Below, in pieces: positions 25,633 to 39,500 of a DNA stretch of 64,000 nt; the stretch's first letter is position 1, and each line of letters begins with the position of its first letter. Origin of the DNA: Octopus sinensis (Eukaryota); NCBI RefSeq assembly GCF_006345805.1, contig NC_043005.1, positions 62,248,001-62,312,000 of the forward strand, read 5' to 3'. A model generated the notes under the pieces. It was not told the DNA's origin and ran no database searches. It saw nothing but the letters and a program-made list of their open reading frames with translations. A program made the position numbers and the translations under genes.

Positions 25633-26982
25633 AATTTCTTCTCTAAATCTTTGTCATAATGAGCTATGAGAACGAGGTTTATTTGTTTACAGGATTTAAA
25701 ATCCTCTGTTATAACCTAGATGAGCATAATGAACAGGAGGGAATTGAGATCCAAACACTGCCTGGCACCTATTTACTTCCATGTTAAATTCCTTGCTGAA
25801 CTCATATCCCAACTCCCACCTTGTCAATGGCATCAGTGTACATGACTGGCAAGGCTCTTCACCTACATTCACTTACATCTAACTTTCTTTTTTAATAGCT
25901 CCAGAAAAACAGAATTCTGTGTCCATATTTTTAAGATTTCTACATCCAAACACTGTTATCTTCATTTTGTCCTTTCCATCATGAGCTGACTCCCACAAGC
26001 TTGTGGCCATAATTCTTCTTGCCTTAAAATTGGCTCATGAAATATTCAATACCTTGCATATAAAGATATAATTAGTTATAATTAAAGAAAATATATAAAT
26101 AGTTGCATTGTTTTATACGTTTGAGATTTATCAATTGCTATCCCTACTTTTCACATAGACATTGTTATATATGTCTAATTTGTTCAGAAATTTATATCAA
26201 GTCCTTTAATGATAAATGTCTTTGTTTCTGATGAATCAAAATTTATAGCGTGAAGTACATGTATGCCCACTTGTCAGTCCTGCAGCTGCTGCTACTATTA
26301 CTACTACTGCCACTACCACCACCACCACCACCACAATCATCATCATCATCATCATCACCACCACCACCACCACCACAACCACCACCACCACCATCCCCAT
26401 CATCATCATCATCATCATCAGGCACAGCAACTTTCACATCTTTTTCCATGCTTGCATGGACTGAGCAGGTTTTCAATAACTGAGTTTGCTATGGACAATC
26501 AATATCTCCTTTGTGAGGTTCAGTATCCTGAGAGCAGGCTCTTCTTCATAACATTGCTTCTGCTTAATGTCATACTCCATACACTTCATATATCTATACT
26601 AGTGCAATTTCCTGTTTTGCATTCTTTACCTAATTCTTCATATATTTAGCTTTGCTCTCGGTTAAATTGTCACTTAAACATGCTAAATATTACCCATCCA
26701 GTGGTGCTTGTTTGTCTAATTTCCTTCTCTAAATCTTTGTCATAATTAGCTATGAGAATGAAGTTTATTTGCTTACAGGATTTACCACTGTGAGTTAGGC
26801 TTAAAGTCCTGTTATAATCTAGACAAGCATAATGAACTGAGATCCAAACTCTGACTGGCACCTACCTACTTCCATGTTAAATTCCTTGCTGAACTCATTT
26901 GCCTACTCCCACCTTGTAGATGACATCACTGTACATGTCTGGCAAGGCTCTTCACCTACATCCACTTACATCTAACTTTCTT
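25633..26982 (-). mobile_element. Two RTE RT fragments (direct duplication 25633-25889 / 26718-26982) with tail microsatellite
   Basis: Decayed MY.D....V.VG....EF..EVG..Q...LS RT motif. The 26.7-27.0 kb copy runs into the catgcaagcatggaaaa tail and (GAT/GGT)n. Confidence 0.7.
26284..26420. repeat. (CAC/CAT)n compound microsatellite
   Basis: Directly visible; source of the poly-His/Pro/Asp ORFs. Confidence 0.95.
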
Positions 26983-29191
26983 AAAGACCAAAAAAAGATA
27001 CCAAAATATAGAGTGTTAACCAGTCAACAGCTTTCTCTAGATTAAAAGAGAGTATAACAAATTGAAAAATTTCGAATTTTGCAATTTGTCTCATGGGATA
27101 TAGAAAAAAATGACCAATTTTCACTTCTGTGGCTGGAATTAGCATATAGATGTATTTAGAATGTGGACTAGATTTACTTTCATATTTTTATGTGAAAGAA
27201 AAATAAATGTTACTTGAAAGAATCAAGTAAAAAAAAAACCCAAAAAACATCAAACGCTTTTGGAAAGAATCTATATAGGAACACACATGTGCACACACAG
27301 ATAAGCACAACACACTAACACATAATTTTACACACACGGGATCAAGATTATTAACAGACATTAGCCTAGATATGGACACTAATGGGAAGCTTGAGTTTTA
27401 TAGGACAGACACTAGTACACTTATTTTCAGGATATGCATTTGACAGCAGAGAGGAGTGATCACTTGTTGGCTGTCACTTAGCTTTCAGTTTTGATTGATT
27501 CAAATAACTAAGTAAATTTTAAGTACATTTTCTATACCTTTTCACTAACATACAACATAACAAGAAGTAAATATTTTCTGGTTGGCAGTATGTGTGCTAT
27601 TATTATTTATACTTTCTTTAAAATTTCTTGTCAAAAATAGATTTTATAGATAAAATGAAATGCAATAAACAATTGCCATGTAATACATACATACATATAT
27701 ATGAGAAATAAATGAAGCTGAAAATGCACAGAGAATATAAGAAGATTTATGTAAATTTACACACACATACATGGAGAGAGAGGGGGGAGAGAGAGAGAGA
27801 GACAGACAGACAGAGAAAGAGAATTACATATGAATCCCCTATCCATTTTAACTTGGGTCTAAGTTATATTTTACTAGCCTAAGAAACCACTATACATTTT
27901 GAATACTTGATAAATTTTTAGCCTATTTTGGTTAGCATATATTACCAGATTACAAGATTTAACATAAAGATTGAGACAAGCTGAATATATCAATATGTAG
28001 CAAATATAATGATGATGTGTTTTAAAAATAGCAAGGAAATTCTCTAAATTTACACAGAAGCTGGATATTCATGATTGTTATGAACTTTCTTTTTCAGCTA
28101 TTGATTCCACTATCAATAGTATAGTATAAACCTATAATCTCTTAAAAGCTCTCAACAGGATATTTGCTTCAGATCTAAATATATATTTTATATAGGACAG
28201 TGTCATAGACGAAATTGCTCACATTTCAAGAATAAGTTTTCATACAGTTACAAACTGTACTAATTTAGTGTAATTATAGCAAAAATGTGATACTATGGTC
28301 TCACCTACTTATCTTATCTAGCTATATAAAATAAATATATAAATAAACAATATGACAGTATTACTATATTTCTTATTCTTAGAATTCATGCAGTGAAGCT
28401 AATTTCATTTAATATATATATTGCCAATGGACTGAAACTAATTTCACTTCATATACATAAACTATAGATAAAGGAACATTTGTTAAATAACAAACATGAT
28501 AAGGAGACAGAAAGACATGACAGTCTTCTTAAAGGAGATTGAATTATTTATGAAACAATTCTTGAGAAAATTGAACAAATCCTTGCCGAACTTTTTCTAA
28601 CCTTCTATTTTGAAGAAGTACCTGGAATGGTTAATATTATTGATGAGATGCTGAAATTTAGCTGAGAATGACTAAAAGAGAAATGTTATAGTTGAAAAAT
28701 AACAGATGAATCTGGAGATTATTAAATGTCTAACAGAATTCTTCACAATGCAGTCTTTGATGTAAGATTGAGTGTTTTAAACAGCTTTTTTTGATAAACA
28801 CAGCAACCACTAGTATAATATTTTGCACCAGATAGCCAGGGAAGAAATGTTCCTGACTTAAAATTCTGAGTTCAAATGCTATTGGGGTCGACTTCACCTT
28901 TCATCGTTTTGGGATCAATAAAATAAGTACCAGTTGTGTACTGAGGTTGATCTAATCAACTGGCCCCCTCCCCAGAAATTTTCGGCCTTGTGCCTAAAGT
29001 AGAAAACAATAAAATAAGTACCAGTTCAAATTCAGCCAAGGTCGACTTTGTTTTTCATCCTTTCAGGGTCAATAAATCAAGTACCAGTCAAGTACTGTGG
29101 TTGATGTGATCAACTATCCCACTTCTCACAAATTCCAGACCTTGTGCCTATGTTAGACAGGATTATTATTATTATTATTATTATTATTATT

Positions 29192-29742
29192 GAGTGAGAG
29201 AGCAGTTCATGCCATCAAAGTGACACTGGGGTAAAATATACGAAGCCCAATATACCCATCATGACTACCCGTCTGATAAAGATACACCAGGCACATGCAT
29301 CACAACCATATGTGCGCGACATGGTGATCTCATATCAAGATAAACAGCACATGACCTTGCAGGTGGGGCCCAGTTAGAATTTTCTTCAGGTTGAGTAGCC
29401 CATCCCGCTCAAACGGTCCCTGAATAAGGGTTGTTTAAGGATGTTGAAAGAACCACCCATGTTTCCAGAGGTGAACTATTCAAACCCCAAAGAATCCCTC
29501 TCAACACATGGCTATGATGCTCCCCCACTACTTCTGCTCGTGATCAGAGATGCACATATCGTCAGCCACTAAGGGACATGCTCAACTGGTTACGGTCAAA
29601 CAACTGACAAGCAAATCTGTGGTATTGAGCAGAATATTTGCTGTAGCCCATCTTTTATACCAAGACAAAACTATGTACATGATAACACTTCCAATCAGTT
29701 AAGATCAGAAGCCATGAGAGCCACTGCCTGGTACTGCATCAG
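29192..29742. mobile_element. ~550-bp non-coding element embedded in (ATT)n
   Basis: Sharp boundaries with (ATT)n on both sides; higher GC and retained CpGs; no ORF in the track. Confidence 0.65.
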
Positions 29743-29793
<51 letters not shown>

Positions 29794-30559
29794 TAGTCAG
29801 AGTAGAAGGGTGGTAATAGAATAAATAACTTAGCAGTTCTTCTCTGATGTTCATCCTGATGCAAGTAAAGAAAAAATGTAGGCTGGAATGGAGTTCAAGA
29901 GAAATGCAATTTTATGTAGAAAAAGGCATAGCAAAGAGTTTAGTGCAGCAGTTTTAGGATTAGACATATTAAAAAGACAAGTGTACTGGGTAGGATAGAG
30001 ACAGTATGCAGCTTTTTTGTTTAAGGGAAAGAAGCTATAATAATTACTGTGGAAAAGATATATTCAGCAGAAACAGCATATCTAGAGATAAGCAGATTTA
30101 GTGTTTTGGTGACTGAATGTTTGGCAATCAGCTAGAAGGCTCTTTTATTGTATAAAATGTGGCTTATGATGTTTATGTATAAAATAGAAATACTATCACA
30201 AATATGTGAACTGCTCTTGTGATTGCTAGAGAGTCAGTAGTTACTAAAGGCCTAAACAGTGCTTGCTCTGAATAGGAAACTAATCCTTTGGAATTTAGTT
30301 TTGGCATTGTTAGATACCAAAACCTGCTTAGCTGTCTTGGATTGCTTTACATGACTGCTACATGGGCAAGAGCTGAAAAAATCATAATGCTGGTTTAGAT
30401 TGCATTACAAAAGCAAAGCTTTCCCATTAAAAACCACCAAAATGCAAGTAATGAAGAGGAACACATTAAGTAACTATACAATATCTAAAGATTGAGAAGA
30501 AACATTAACCACATAATCTCTCGTTGTCCAAGTTCAGTCAAGAGAGAATATATCTGTAG

Positions 30560-31050
30560 GAGGACAAAGTTGGAGACTATATATAATGGAAATTCTACTG
30601 GTATTGTGAAATAGCAAAAAAGAAAGGTTCCCAGAGAATATCTGGGATATACCAATCCATACTGACAGGGATATCAAAACTAAGAGGCTGAATATTGTAG
30701 TTATGGACCATTGGGAAAGGCAGTTCCAACAGACAATAATGTGTTGCAAAAAGAAATAGGAAATTATTCAAATATAAATATTTAGAAACAGAAATAACCA
30801 AAATTTGAGAATTGAAAACTGAAACAACCCTTATAATAACATGTGCCCTGAGAATGATTAAAATATGTACAAATGAATAACCTAAACCACAGGATTTAAG
30901 AACATGCACAATATACTGAAAACTATATGACTAGACACAGCACACAGATGTGAAGTAGTCTCAAGACAAAAGGAAATACAAAAACCAAAGCAAAACACTG
31001 TTCACACCAGAGCACTTAGAGTTATTCTTGGTAGTGTAGTGAAAGCACAT
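30560..31050 (+). mobile_element. R4/Dong LINE 3' fragment
   Basis: IWDIPIHTDRDIK..R.NIVV...AVPTDNNV..KE...KY..LE.EITK...LKTET. Confidence 0.72.
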
Positions 31051-34000
31051 GATAAAAATACGACAACCAAAAAATGATAATGATAATTGGTGATTTCCTG
31101 TATCAATAATTTCACACTGAAATCCTATACAAGTTTACATTTGAGGGACAATCATTCTTAAGTGAAGAAGAATTGACTAATTAAGTGTGAATTGTGATCA
31201 ATATGGAATAAAATTTTGTTTAGTACTTGTCAACAATTATCAGTATAAAAAGTAAATCACTTCATTTTATGTCTGAACTATATAAAATGTTAAAAGAGAA
31301 AAAAAAAAAGAAAAAGAAAAAATGAGAAAAAGTTCTCACTATAGATACAGACACTAAAAGTTATAAAGTTATGAGAATATAATTTAATTTAATCGATGGA
31401 TTTACTCAAATTATAGTGTATTATTGTTATAAGCACTGTAGAGAAGGTATGTCTAACAACTTGAATTAATGTACCACTTTCCATTCTAGTTATTTTATTT
31501 CATTTGTATCATAAATGTGTGTGTGAGTGTATACATACAGATATGTATATTAGTATAAATGTTCATAATTCCCATTTCTTGAGTATGAACACAATAGAAG
31601 TGTATACATATCAATTAATACTTTTAATATGAATGACAAATAATTTATCACACTTCTGCATTGATTAATTAAATATTAAAACACTTTTTATTCTAGTAAT
31701 ACAGTTCTATAGGAAATGTTTAATTCATAAAATATTATCATTTACAAAGATTTAGTAATAAGATTTTATAATATTGTTTAGCCACAGGTTGGTTTAGATT
31801 GAACAAATCTAAGAGCAAAGGCATTCTAGTCAATCATCCTGCCTTTTCTTTAAATCTAATGTGTCTAGGGTGACATCATCAAATATATACTTCCTTTCCA
31901 AGTTAGTAGTATGTGATTTGGGAGGAGATTTGGCTCAATATTGTAATGTAGAAAAATTTAATAGAAAAATTTTAATAGAAAAAAAGTTTAATAGAAAAAT
32001 AAAGGATTGTTTACTTTGTAAGCATTTGTGTAAGATGATATAATTTCAGACATTAAAAAGAAATGAAGCAAAAACTAAAGATGTAGGATGGTTATGGTTT
32101 TTGAAATCCCTAACTCTTGAAACTACCTGTCTTGGAGAAATATCCCCAAATATAGCAAACAGAAGAAACATAAGTAAAAACTTAGTTTTCTGCCAGTCAC
32201 TGGAAGTCTCTATGCGGTTGTTTAGCTTGGTAAATGTAGCAGCCAAATATTCTTCACATCATAGCCTTCCTTGGCAAAACAGAGATGTATCAGATAAAGT
32301 AGTTTGGGGAAGAAGATAAGATCATTACATTTAGAAAGAAACCTTCAGTCGTTCAGGGTCAGCCTGAGGCTAAACAAGAGAACAAAAACAATAAAGCTTA
32401 AAGATACTACAAATTTCTCTCTCTTTTTCCCATAGAATTGCTATAGCTACTGCTGAATTATCTGTTACAAGTGGGTCTCTAACAGTAAATGGGTGTTATT
32501 GAAATTGCATAAAAACAGAAAGACAATGGGGTAAATTTTTCCATTTTTTTTTTCAATACAGTTTACATAAATTTCTGTTTCCAGAGAGTGGGGGTGGACT
32601 CAAGCAGTTGTTTTTATAGCTAGATGCTACTCCTATTGAAAACAATTCAAGCATGAATCAAGTATGGATTCCGAAGTGAGCAGAGTTAAGCATCCTTCTC
32701 ATAAGTTGACTTAGGTAATATTGAATGATTGTCAATATGTTAGTAGTTCACCACATTAACCTTACTGCAATTATACCTCATGTTTTTCACAAAAATCTAT
32801 TTTATACTACAAAAATGATTTAAATCTGGAAAAAAAAAGAAAACAAATGGAACACATTAAAAAAAATACATACTGACTATACAGAGTTCATCAACATTGA
32901 TTTAGTTGAAATATAAATGGATTCGTCTTGTAATAACACACGAGTCAAAGAGGTAAACATCCATTTTCAAAAGAGACAGATCCTTCACAAACAGTTAGAG
33001 ACATTGATTGTATGAAAGATTTTGTTGTAGTAATGTTCAAGATGATGTTGAGAAGGAAATAGAAAATAAACCATGTGGAGTTCACTTGCATCAAATTACT
33101 GGTAACTTTAGAGAAGAGAAATTATAGGCTTCAGTTCCTAATGAGAATGTTTTTAGTTTCAAATTCTATTACATTCTTTCAAAATATTGAGAGTTTTTTA
33201 TAACATTGTTGCTGTGAAATTGATTATCTCTTAAATAACAATTATGGTTGCCTCATAGAAAACTTTTTAAATTCTGTTGCAGAAAATACTTTAATCTCAG
33301 ATCATGACTGTCATTTAATTTGATTCATTTTGTTGATGTTAGTCTCAGAGGTCAGCAAGTTCATGCTAATTATCTGATTACTTTTCAAGCTGAAGTTATA
33401 AATTTGGCAAGCAAAGGACTGTCAATACACAATTTTCCCTGCAACTGGGTTGTTGCCAACATTAGACTGTGTTTATATATGCATCTCTCTGTACCAACTT
33501 TAGCTATGACGCCTTCACAAGAAATAATGTTCACTATGCTTGATAAACCTTTTACTATAATGTTTTCAATTTCCCTTACTACTCTTGTAATAATTCTAAG
33601 AACACAAAAAATAATTCAAAGATTACAAGAAGCTTTGTACAAAAAATTTGTGCTATATTTTTATTTCTGGTCAGCTGGATTTAATTATGTCCTTATATCT
33701 TCCTGGTTCAAATCATATTGTGTCCACCATACCAGGCCCCACAATAATCACCCAACCCAGTCCTTTCTTCTCATAATGTTGGGTTTCTGGAATTCCTTTC
33801 CTGTCTATGTTAGGTGAGCTGTGAAACAATAAGTTTTGGAAACCTCTACTCTGGGAAGTTGATAAAACTCACAATGAGGGAGGGTAATTTCAATGGATTT
33901 ATAATGTTGTCCAACAAATATGTGGCCTTGTATCAATATAATAAATCATTATTGCATCCTTTCAGATCCCTTTAACCTAGTTAATTCTTTTGTCTTTGAT

Positions 34001-34180
34001 CAACTCTGTGTACTTTGTATATTTAAAAAAAATTTCTAGTACATCTAACAAGAATCTAGTGATTGAAAGTTAATATATTTTTATAGTTGTTATTACAAAT
34101 GAAATTTTCAGGCAACCTATATTCAGCTACCTGAGGCAAAGTAAATAAATAAATAACTTTATATATATACATGTATATAA

Positions 34181-34350
34181 ATTCATTCATTCATTTATTT
34201 TGCCTCCGGTAGCTTGAATACAGGTAAATATATGTAGCCTGATAATCTCATTAGTGGCAGCTATATATAAACATATTTATATAGCTGTCACTAATGAGAT
34301 TTTTAGGCTACCTATATTTTGGCTACCAGCAACAAAATAAATAAATGAAT
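34181..34350. repeat. Long imperfect palindrome plus a third arm copy at ~34097-34156
   Basis: gtagcctgataatctcattagtggcagctatata pairs with tatatagctgtcactaatgagatttttaggctac. Confidence 0.8.
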
Positions 34351-34355
34351 AAACA

Positions 34356-34403
<48 letters not shown>

Positions 34404-35221
34404 CCCTTACTTTTAATAAAGAAAACTAAAAACAGAAAATCTTGAATGTCTCTTTATAGCAAGTCGTATATTTCCTGCTGAATTAGCAATTGTTATAAGA
34501 ACTGACAGAATGACAAAAGTGTGTGGAAAATTGTAAAAAGAGATCTTGAAAATCTTAAAAGCAAACAGTTCATGCTTTTGATGAGCAACTTCAGAGTGTT
34601 CTGCGGGAGAAAGTGGGTCAAGACAATTGGAAAGATGAAACATCTCAAATATCACAATAAAGATGTTTTGATTAAATCATATGCAAACAATATCAATAAT
34701 TCCACCTTGCAGAACTTTCTGTTTGTACACTACTTGACTATTATTCCCTTGCAGAGCACTTTGATTTTGTTTTATTTTCATTTATGCCATTAATTTAGGA
34801 TCCAAGACAACTACAACTGTCACTTGTGTTTCTACCTTGATACTGTCTGTCTCTCTCATCCCCTATTCTTAGAATTTCTAGTTTGTCTGTACATGCATGT
34901 GTGTGTCATTCATTTTTTACTTTGTGCACATTGTTGCAAATACATCTACATGCAGTTGATATTTTACTCTCATTCATATTAATTTCATTAATAAACTACT
35001 ACTACTGCCTCCTCCACTACCACTACCACTGTCATAGCTACTGCTACCCCCACTGCCACTACCACTGCTGTCCCTCCCCCGCCGCCACCACTGCCACCAC
35101 CACCACCACCACTACCACCACCACCATCACAACAACAATAACTGCCATGACTACCCTAACTTAGCTGTTGCTATCTCTGTTACTCCTAACAACTGGTATT
35201 GCTGTCTCATTGAACCATTGA

Positions 35222-35443
35222 CCCTTTTGTTACCATATTTCTGTTGAGATACTCTGTGTCTCTTACAATTAATTTTAAATATAACAAAGAATTTAGTAAA
35301 ATAACTTAGCTGTCATTAAGCTAGTGTTAGGAACATAAATTGTGACTATGGTTTGGTGGAAGATTTTAATTCAGAACTTTTGAAAACATGACATTTTTAC
35401 TACAGAGCCAGAGGTGGTTTCAGCTGGGTTGGTATCGAAAGGG
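35222..35443. mobile_element. Second piggyBac-like MITE family
   Basis: ttga|cccttttgttacc ... ggtatcgaaaggg|ttaa. Confidence 0.65.
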
Positions 35444-36037
35444 TTAAGCAGGTTTCAGATACTCTTGACTTTTCTTTAAATGGTCACAATTAGAAGATGA
35501 GAATATCTGGTCTCAAACAGAGTGATCTATGGATATTTTCTTCTTGCTTCTGGATGAAAATTTTCCTTCGATATTTCTTTAGCCTACCTCATGCAAACAT
35601 CTTTTTGTTCTTTTTGTAGTTTTGCTTGAAATAAAACAAATTCCATACTATAAAACCAAAGCAAACTAACAAAGGGACTTCAATATGGTTGCTTGACCCC
35701 TGCTAGAAATAATAACAAAATCTCCCTCAAATCACGTTACCATTTTAAATAAATAAGAAAGCAGTGGATGATGTAGTTCCTGACAAGCAAAAAAATTGGT
35801 TGGTAATACTCCTTAATCGAAGCTGGCTGGGGGTTAAACAACAACAACAACAACGATGATGACTTCAAACTGAGAAAATGTAAATGCACAATATGCACAG
35901 TTATCTGCAACTGTGGTTTGATTATTTTCAGATTTGGATTCATATGCTTTGATAAGCTTCTTTCTCCTATTGCTGAAATTGTTTGCTATACTCATTTGCT
36001 GCTAAGCTAATAATACCATAAAACATCAGTGAGTAAT

Positions 36038-36582
36038 TCTTTTATTTGTTTCAATCATTTGACTGCAGCCATGCTGGAGCACCACCTCTAGTCGAAGAAA
36101 TCGACCCCAGGACTTATTCTTTGTAAGCCTAGTACTTATTCTGTCAGTCTCTTTTGCTGAACCGCTAAGTTACATGGACATAAACACACCAACATCGGTT
36201 GTCAATTGATGGTGGGGGAACAAACACAGACACACACACACATATATATATATACACGACAGGCATCTTTCAATTTCCATCTACCAAATCCACTTGCAAG
36301 GTTTTGGTCGGTCCAAGGCTATAGTAGAAGACACTTGCCCAAGGTGCCAAGTAGTGGAACTGAACTAACGGAGAAAGCGAAGCGGCGCGAAGGCGGCGGC
36401 CACCTGCCGGGCTGACGTCGTCTTAGGCTAACGTCTCGGGCATCCTGCCGAACGGTCCCGGAGACATCCACCTGCTGACTACAAGCCCTCAATATAGTCT
36501 TGACCCCCTTGGGGTGCGACGGTCACCTAGAGCATGTAGTTGGTTAGCAAGCTACTTATCACACAGCCACTCCTGTGCCTAT
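36038..36582 (-). mobile_element. SINE family B copy interrupted by a GC-rich insertion
   Basis: Collinear with 19428-19815 except for the insertion at 36365-36526. Confidence 0.85.
36365..36526 (-). other. 162-bp GC/CpG-rich insertion with GT...AG ends
   Basis: ~63% GC and ~17 CpG by hand count; absent from other family B copies; minus strand reads TAG|GTGACC...CTTTCTCCGTTAG|. Confidence 0.85.
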
Positions 36583-39500
36583 AATACTAATTCTGCAGTT
36601 CCCCACTAAGTATTTGGGTTAAGCAAAACTAATTTTCTTGGTTAAGTCAGTGCTAACATGCTGAACATAATGAGCAGAAACATTTCAGTTAACCAAAACT
36701 CACTCTGCAGTGAAGGTTGGAAAACTTTTAGCTCGTGTTTAAATCTGGTTGCGGCAACTCCAAAATATAAATCCAAGTTAGAATTATGAAAGCAGGAAGG
36801 AGAAGAAAGCTCTAGTAGAAGTATTAGTACTAATTCAATTTAATCTCTGAAAAGCATTGTAACAACCCCTAACATATTTTAGTCCTATCAGACCTTCTCA
36901 ATGACATAATCTTATCTACACTTGCTAGACGAAGAACCGTAATAAGAGAATATTCCACTTATGTCTTCTGTTGACTTCAGATCCCACTATTGTATAACTA
37001 ATATAATATTCCACAATTATATGACTAACAATTATGCACTATTATATAAATTTAATGAGTGATTTATTAAGTATCTTTCAATTTTTGTTCAATGAACTGT
37101 CTTGGTAACTAGAGATAATTTCACTATAGATAAAATATGATACTATCTTATTACTTTAATGATTGCATGTTTCATATTTTTCTTTCCATTATTTGTCTAT
37201 ACAAATTTGTTAATGTTTTGCTTTAAAAATGCTTTATATCATCTTTTCACTTTCATCTATTATGATTAAGTTCGGTTTCTGATATAGTAATAGTTGATGA
37301 ACAGAAAATGTTGCCAATCAACTAAACTAGTTGTATTCAGAAAATTCCTTACACATGAAGGCTTAGATCACATCATGTTGTAAAACCACTGAGCTGGGTT
37401 GTAATGAGTTGACAGGTTCACACAAAGCTCTGGAATGACAGATGAGCAAGGATGATGTTGTCATTGCTATTCAAGTTGGAAAGTCATACACTGAATTAAG
37501 AATAGCTTTTGCATTCTATGAAGTGAAATTCATCTCATTATTTAAATGTTAGTTTCTATTTAAGAACAGACAATTTGGGACATTCAGATGAATTGGCAAA
37601 ATCCAAGGCCTCTGTCATTTTAAAAGAAATTCTCGAATAATTATTTTGATTAATTCTTACTATCCATCTGATCATTTAACATTATTCTATCAGAAAATTT
37701 CCAAAGAGAAACTGAGGCTGCCATATCAGTCGTTTCAAAACTAATATTTCTATATTTTCAATTACATTAGACACTAAATATTTCAGTGAAATTAAGTAAC
37801 TTCTCTAAGTATATTGGATATTCATAAATTTTCCCTGAGTAACTATTTAATAACTTCTACTTAAAAAACTACTGACTCAACTTCAAAGAATATATTGGAA
37901 AAGTTTTCATGTATTTTTGAAAGAAAAATCTGAATTTCCTTTGTTTCTGATTTTTTAATGGTTTCCTTTGTAAGACAATATCTAAAGATAAGGTTAATAG
38001 TTTGAAAAGAAATATTGGAAAACATACAAGCAAGCAATTATAAGTTAGTGAATGTGAAAAAGTTCAAATTCATTGAATCCAAAATTACTTTGTTTATGCG
38101 GCTTTCAAAGAATTATAACAAAATAAAATGTTAAGCTATATAAATCTATTGCAACTGAAGATACTTTTGGGGACTGTCTTTCTCTTGCTTGTGAGAGGAA
38201 AGTTAATAGACAATAAGAGACAAGGAATGAAATCAGAATCTAATCTATGTATGTAAAAACTTATTTTAAAGAATGATTTGTGTTTCTAAATTTTGGCTTT
38301 GCACCTACTAGCTTTTAAATAATTCTTTTATCTAATTTCTCCAAGAAATGTTCAACATAAACAATGTTTTTCAACTGTTATTCTTTGTTGTAATTACATA
38401 TAGCCACACCAAAAAGGCATTTAGACATTTGGTTGGTATGTTCTATAAGAAATATTTAACTGTGTCCATTGATATTTCAGATATATTTTATGAATTTATT
38501 TTTTTAACAGATCATGAGTCTCAAGCAAGCAAATGTTCCAAAGTTCTTATTATGTCATAGTGCAAAGTTTTTTTTTGTGAATACCACTCCAGTAGACTGA
38601 ATGGCATTAAGAATGTGAAGCATATATAAAATCTTAAGGTTTTGTTCCGGTTAAAATATGTACAAGTCTGTGAACTGATTGAATTAGAAAAGACCTTTTT
38701 TTTTTAAATTTATAAATGATATAAACAAGGTTTTGGTTCAGACTAAAATATTATTGTCTATTCAAATGGTAACTTGTGACTGATATAGCTCAACAAAACA
38801 CAATTTTAAAAGGAGAAAAGGTAAACTAAGAAGAACATTTATGATGAGTTTATTTTGATTCTTGTTTTACTAATGAATGATCCTTTCATCTCTTGACAAT
38901 TCTTGATTTATCAACAAACACAAGTAGGAAAAAGACTGCAGTAACATCACACATAAGCCTCAAAGAATTGAACTAAGCAACTATGTTTGCAGGAAATTAG
39001 TGCAAGAATAAAAGAGGTGCCAAGGCTGATTCATGTTCATATAACAATATTTTACGATAAAAGATACAATTTATATTTTGTATTTCCCTGCTCACCTCTA
39101 ATCATAGATACTATAAATACTTGGTTGAATACTGTTCTTTATGTATTTGATATTATCCAGTTTTATGTTGCATTATTATATTATAAATCTGTTATTTATG
39201 AGTAAGTCAATCAATTATATGATATTTTCTTTTTTGTTTTGATGTCTTAAAGAAATATCTCTAAAATAACAACTTATAAAATTTTTTATGAAGTTTATAA
39301 TAAAGAATGTTGTAAAGAGCACAATGAAGTATCATCTTTGAATATTGATTTCTAATATAGGCACAAAGTAAGGTGGTAAGCTGGCAGAGTTGTTACTGTG
39401 CTGAAAAAAAAAATGCTTAGTGACATTTCTTCTGACTTAGAATTCTGAGTCCAAATTTTGCCTGAGTTCACTTTACCTTTCATCTTTTTGGGGTTGATAA

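Noticed and set aside
26236-26649. Poly-His/Pro/Asp/Val ORFs
   Set aside because: Compound trinucleotide microsatellite at a retroposon tail.
29410-29520. Possible HDV-like ribozyme fold on the minus strand
   Set aside because: L3, the G1 pair and J4/2 do not fit the consensus by eye.
33320-33817. 165-aa ORF
   Set aside because: No recognisable domain or splice context; overlaps what looks like an antisense decayed LINE fragment.
36470-36526. Group I intron P7-like gacta...tatagtc and IS605-end-like hairpin in the GC-rich insert
   Set aside because: Spacing is too short for P3/P8 and no other conserved elements are present; resemblance only.
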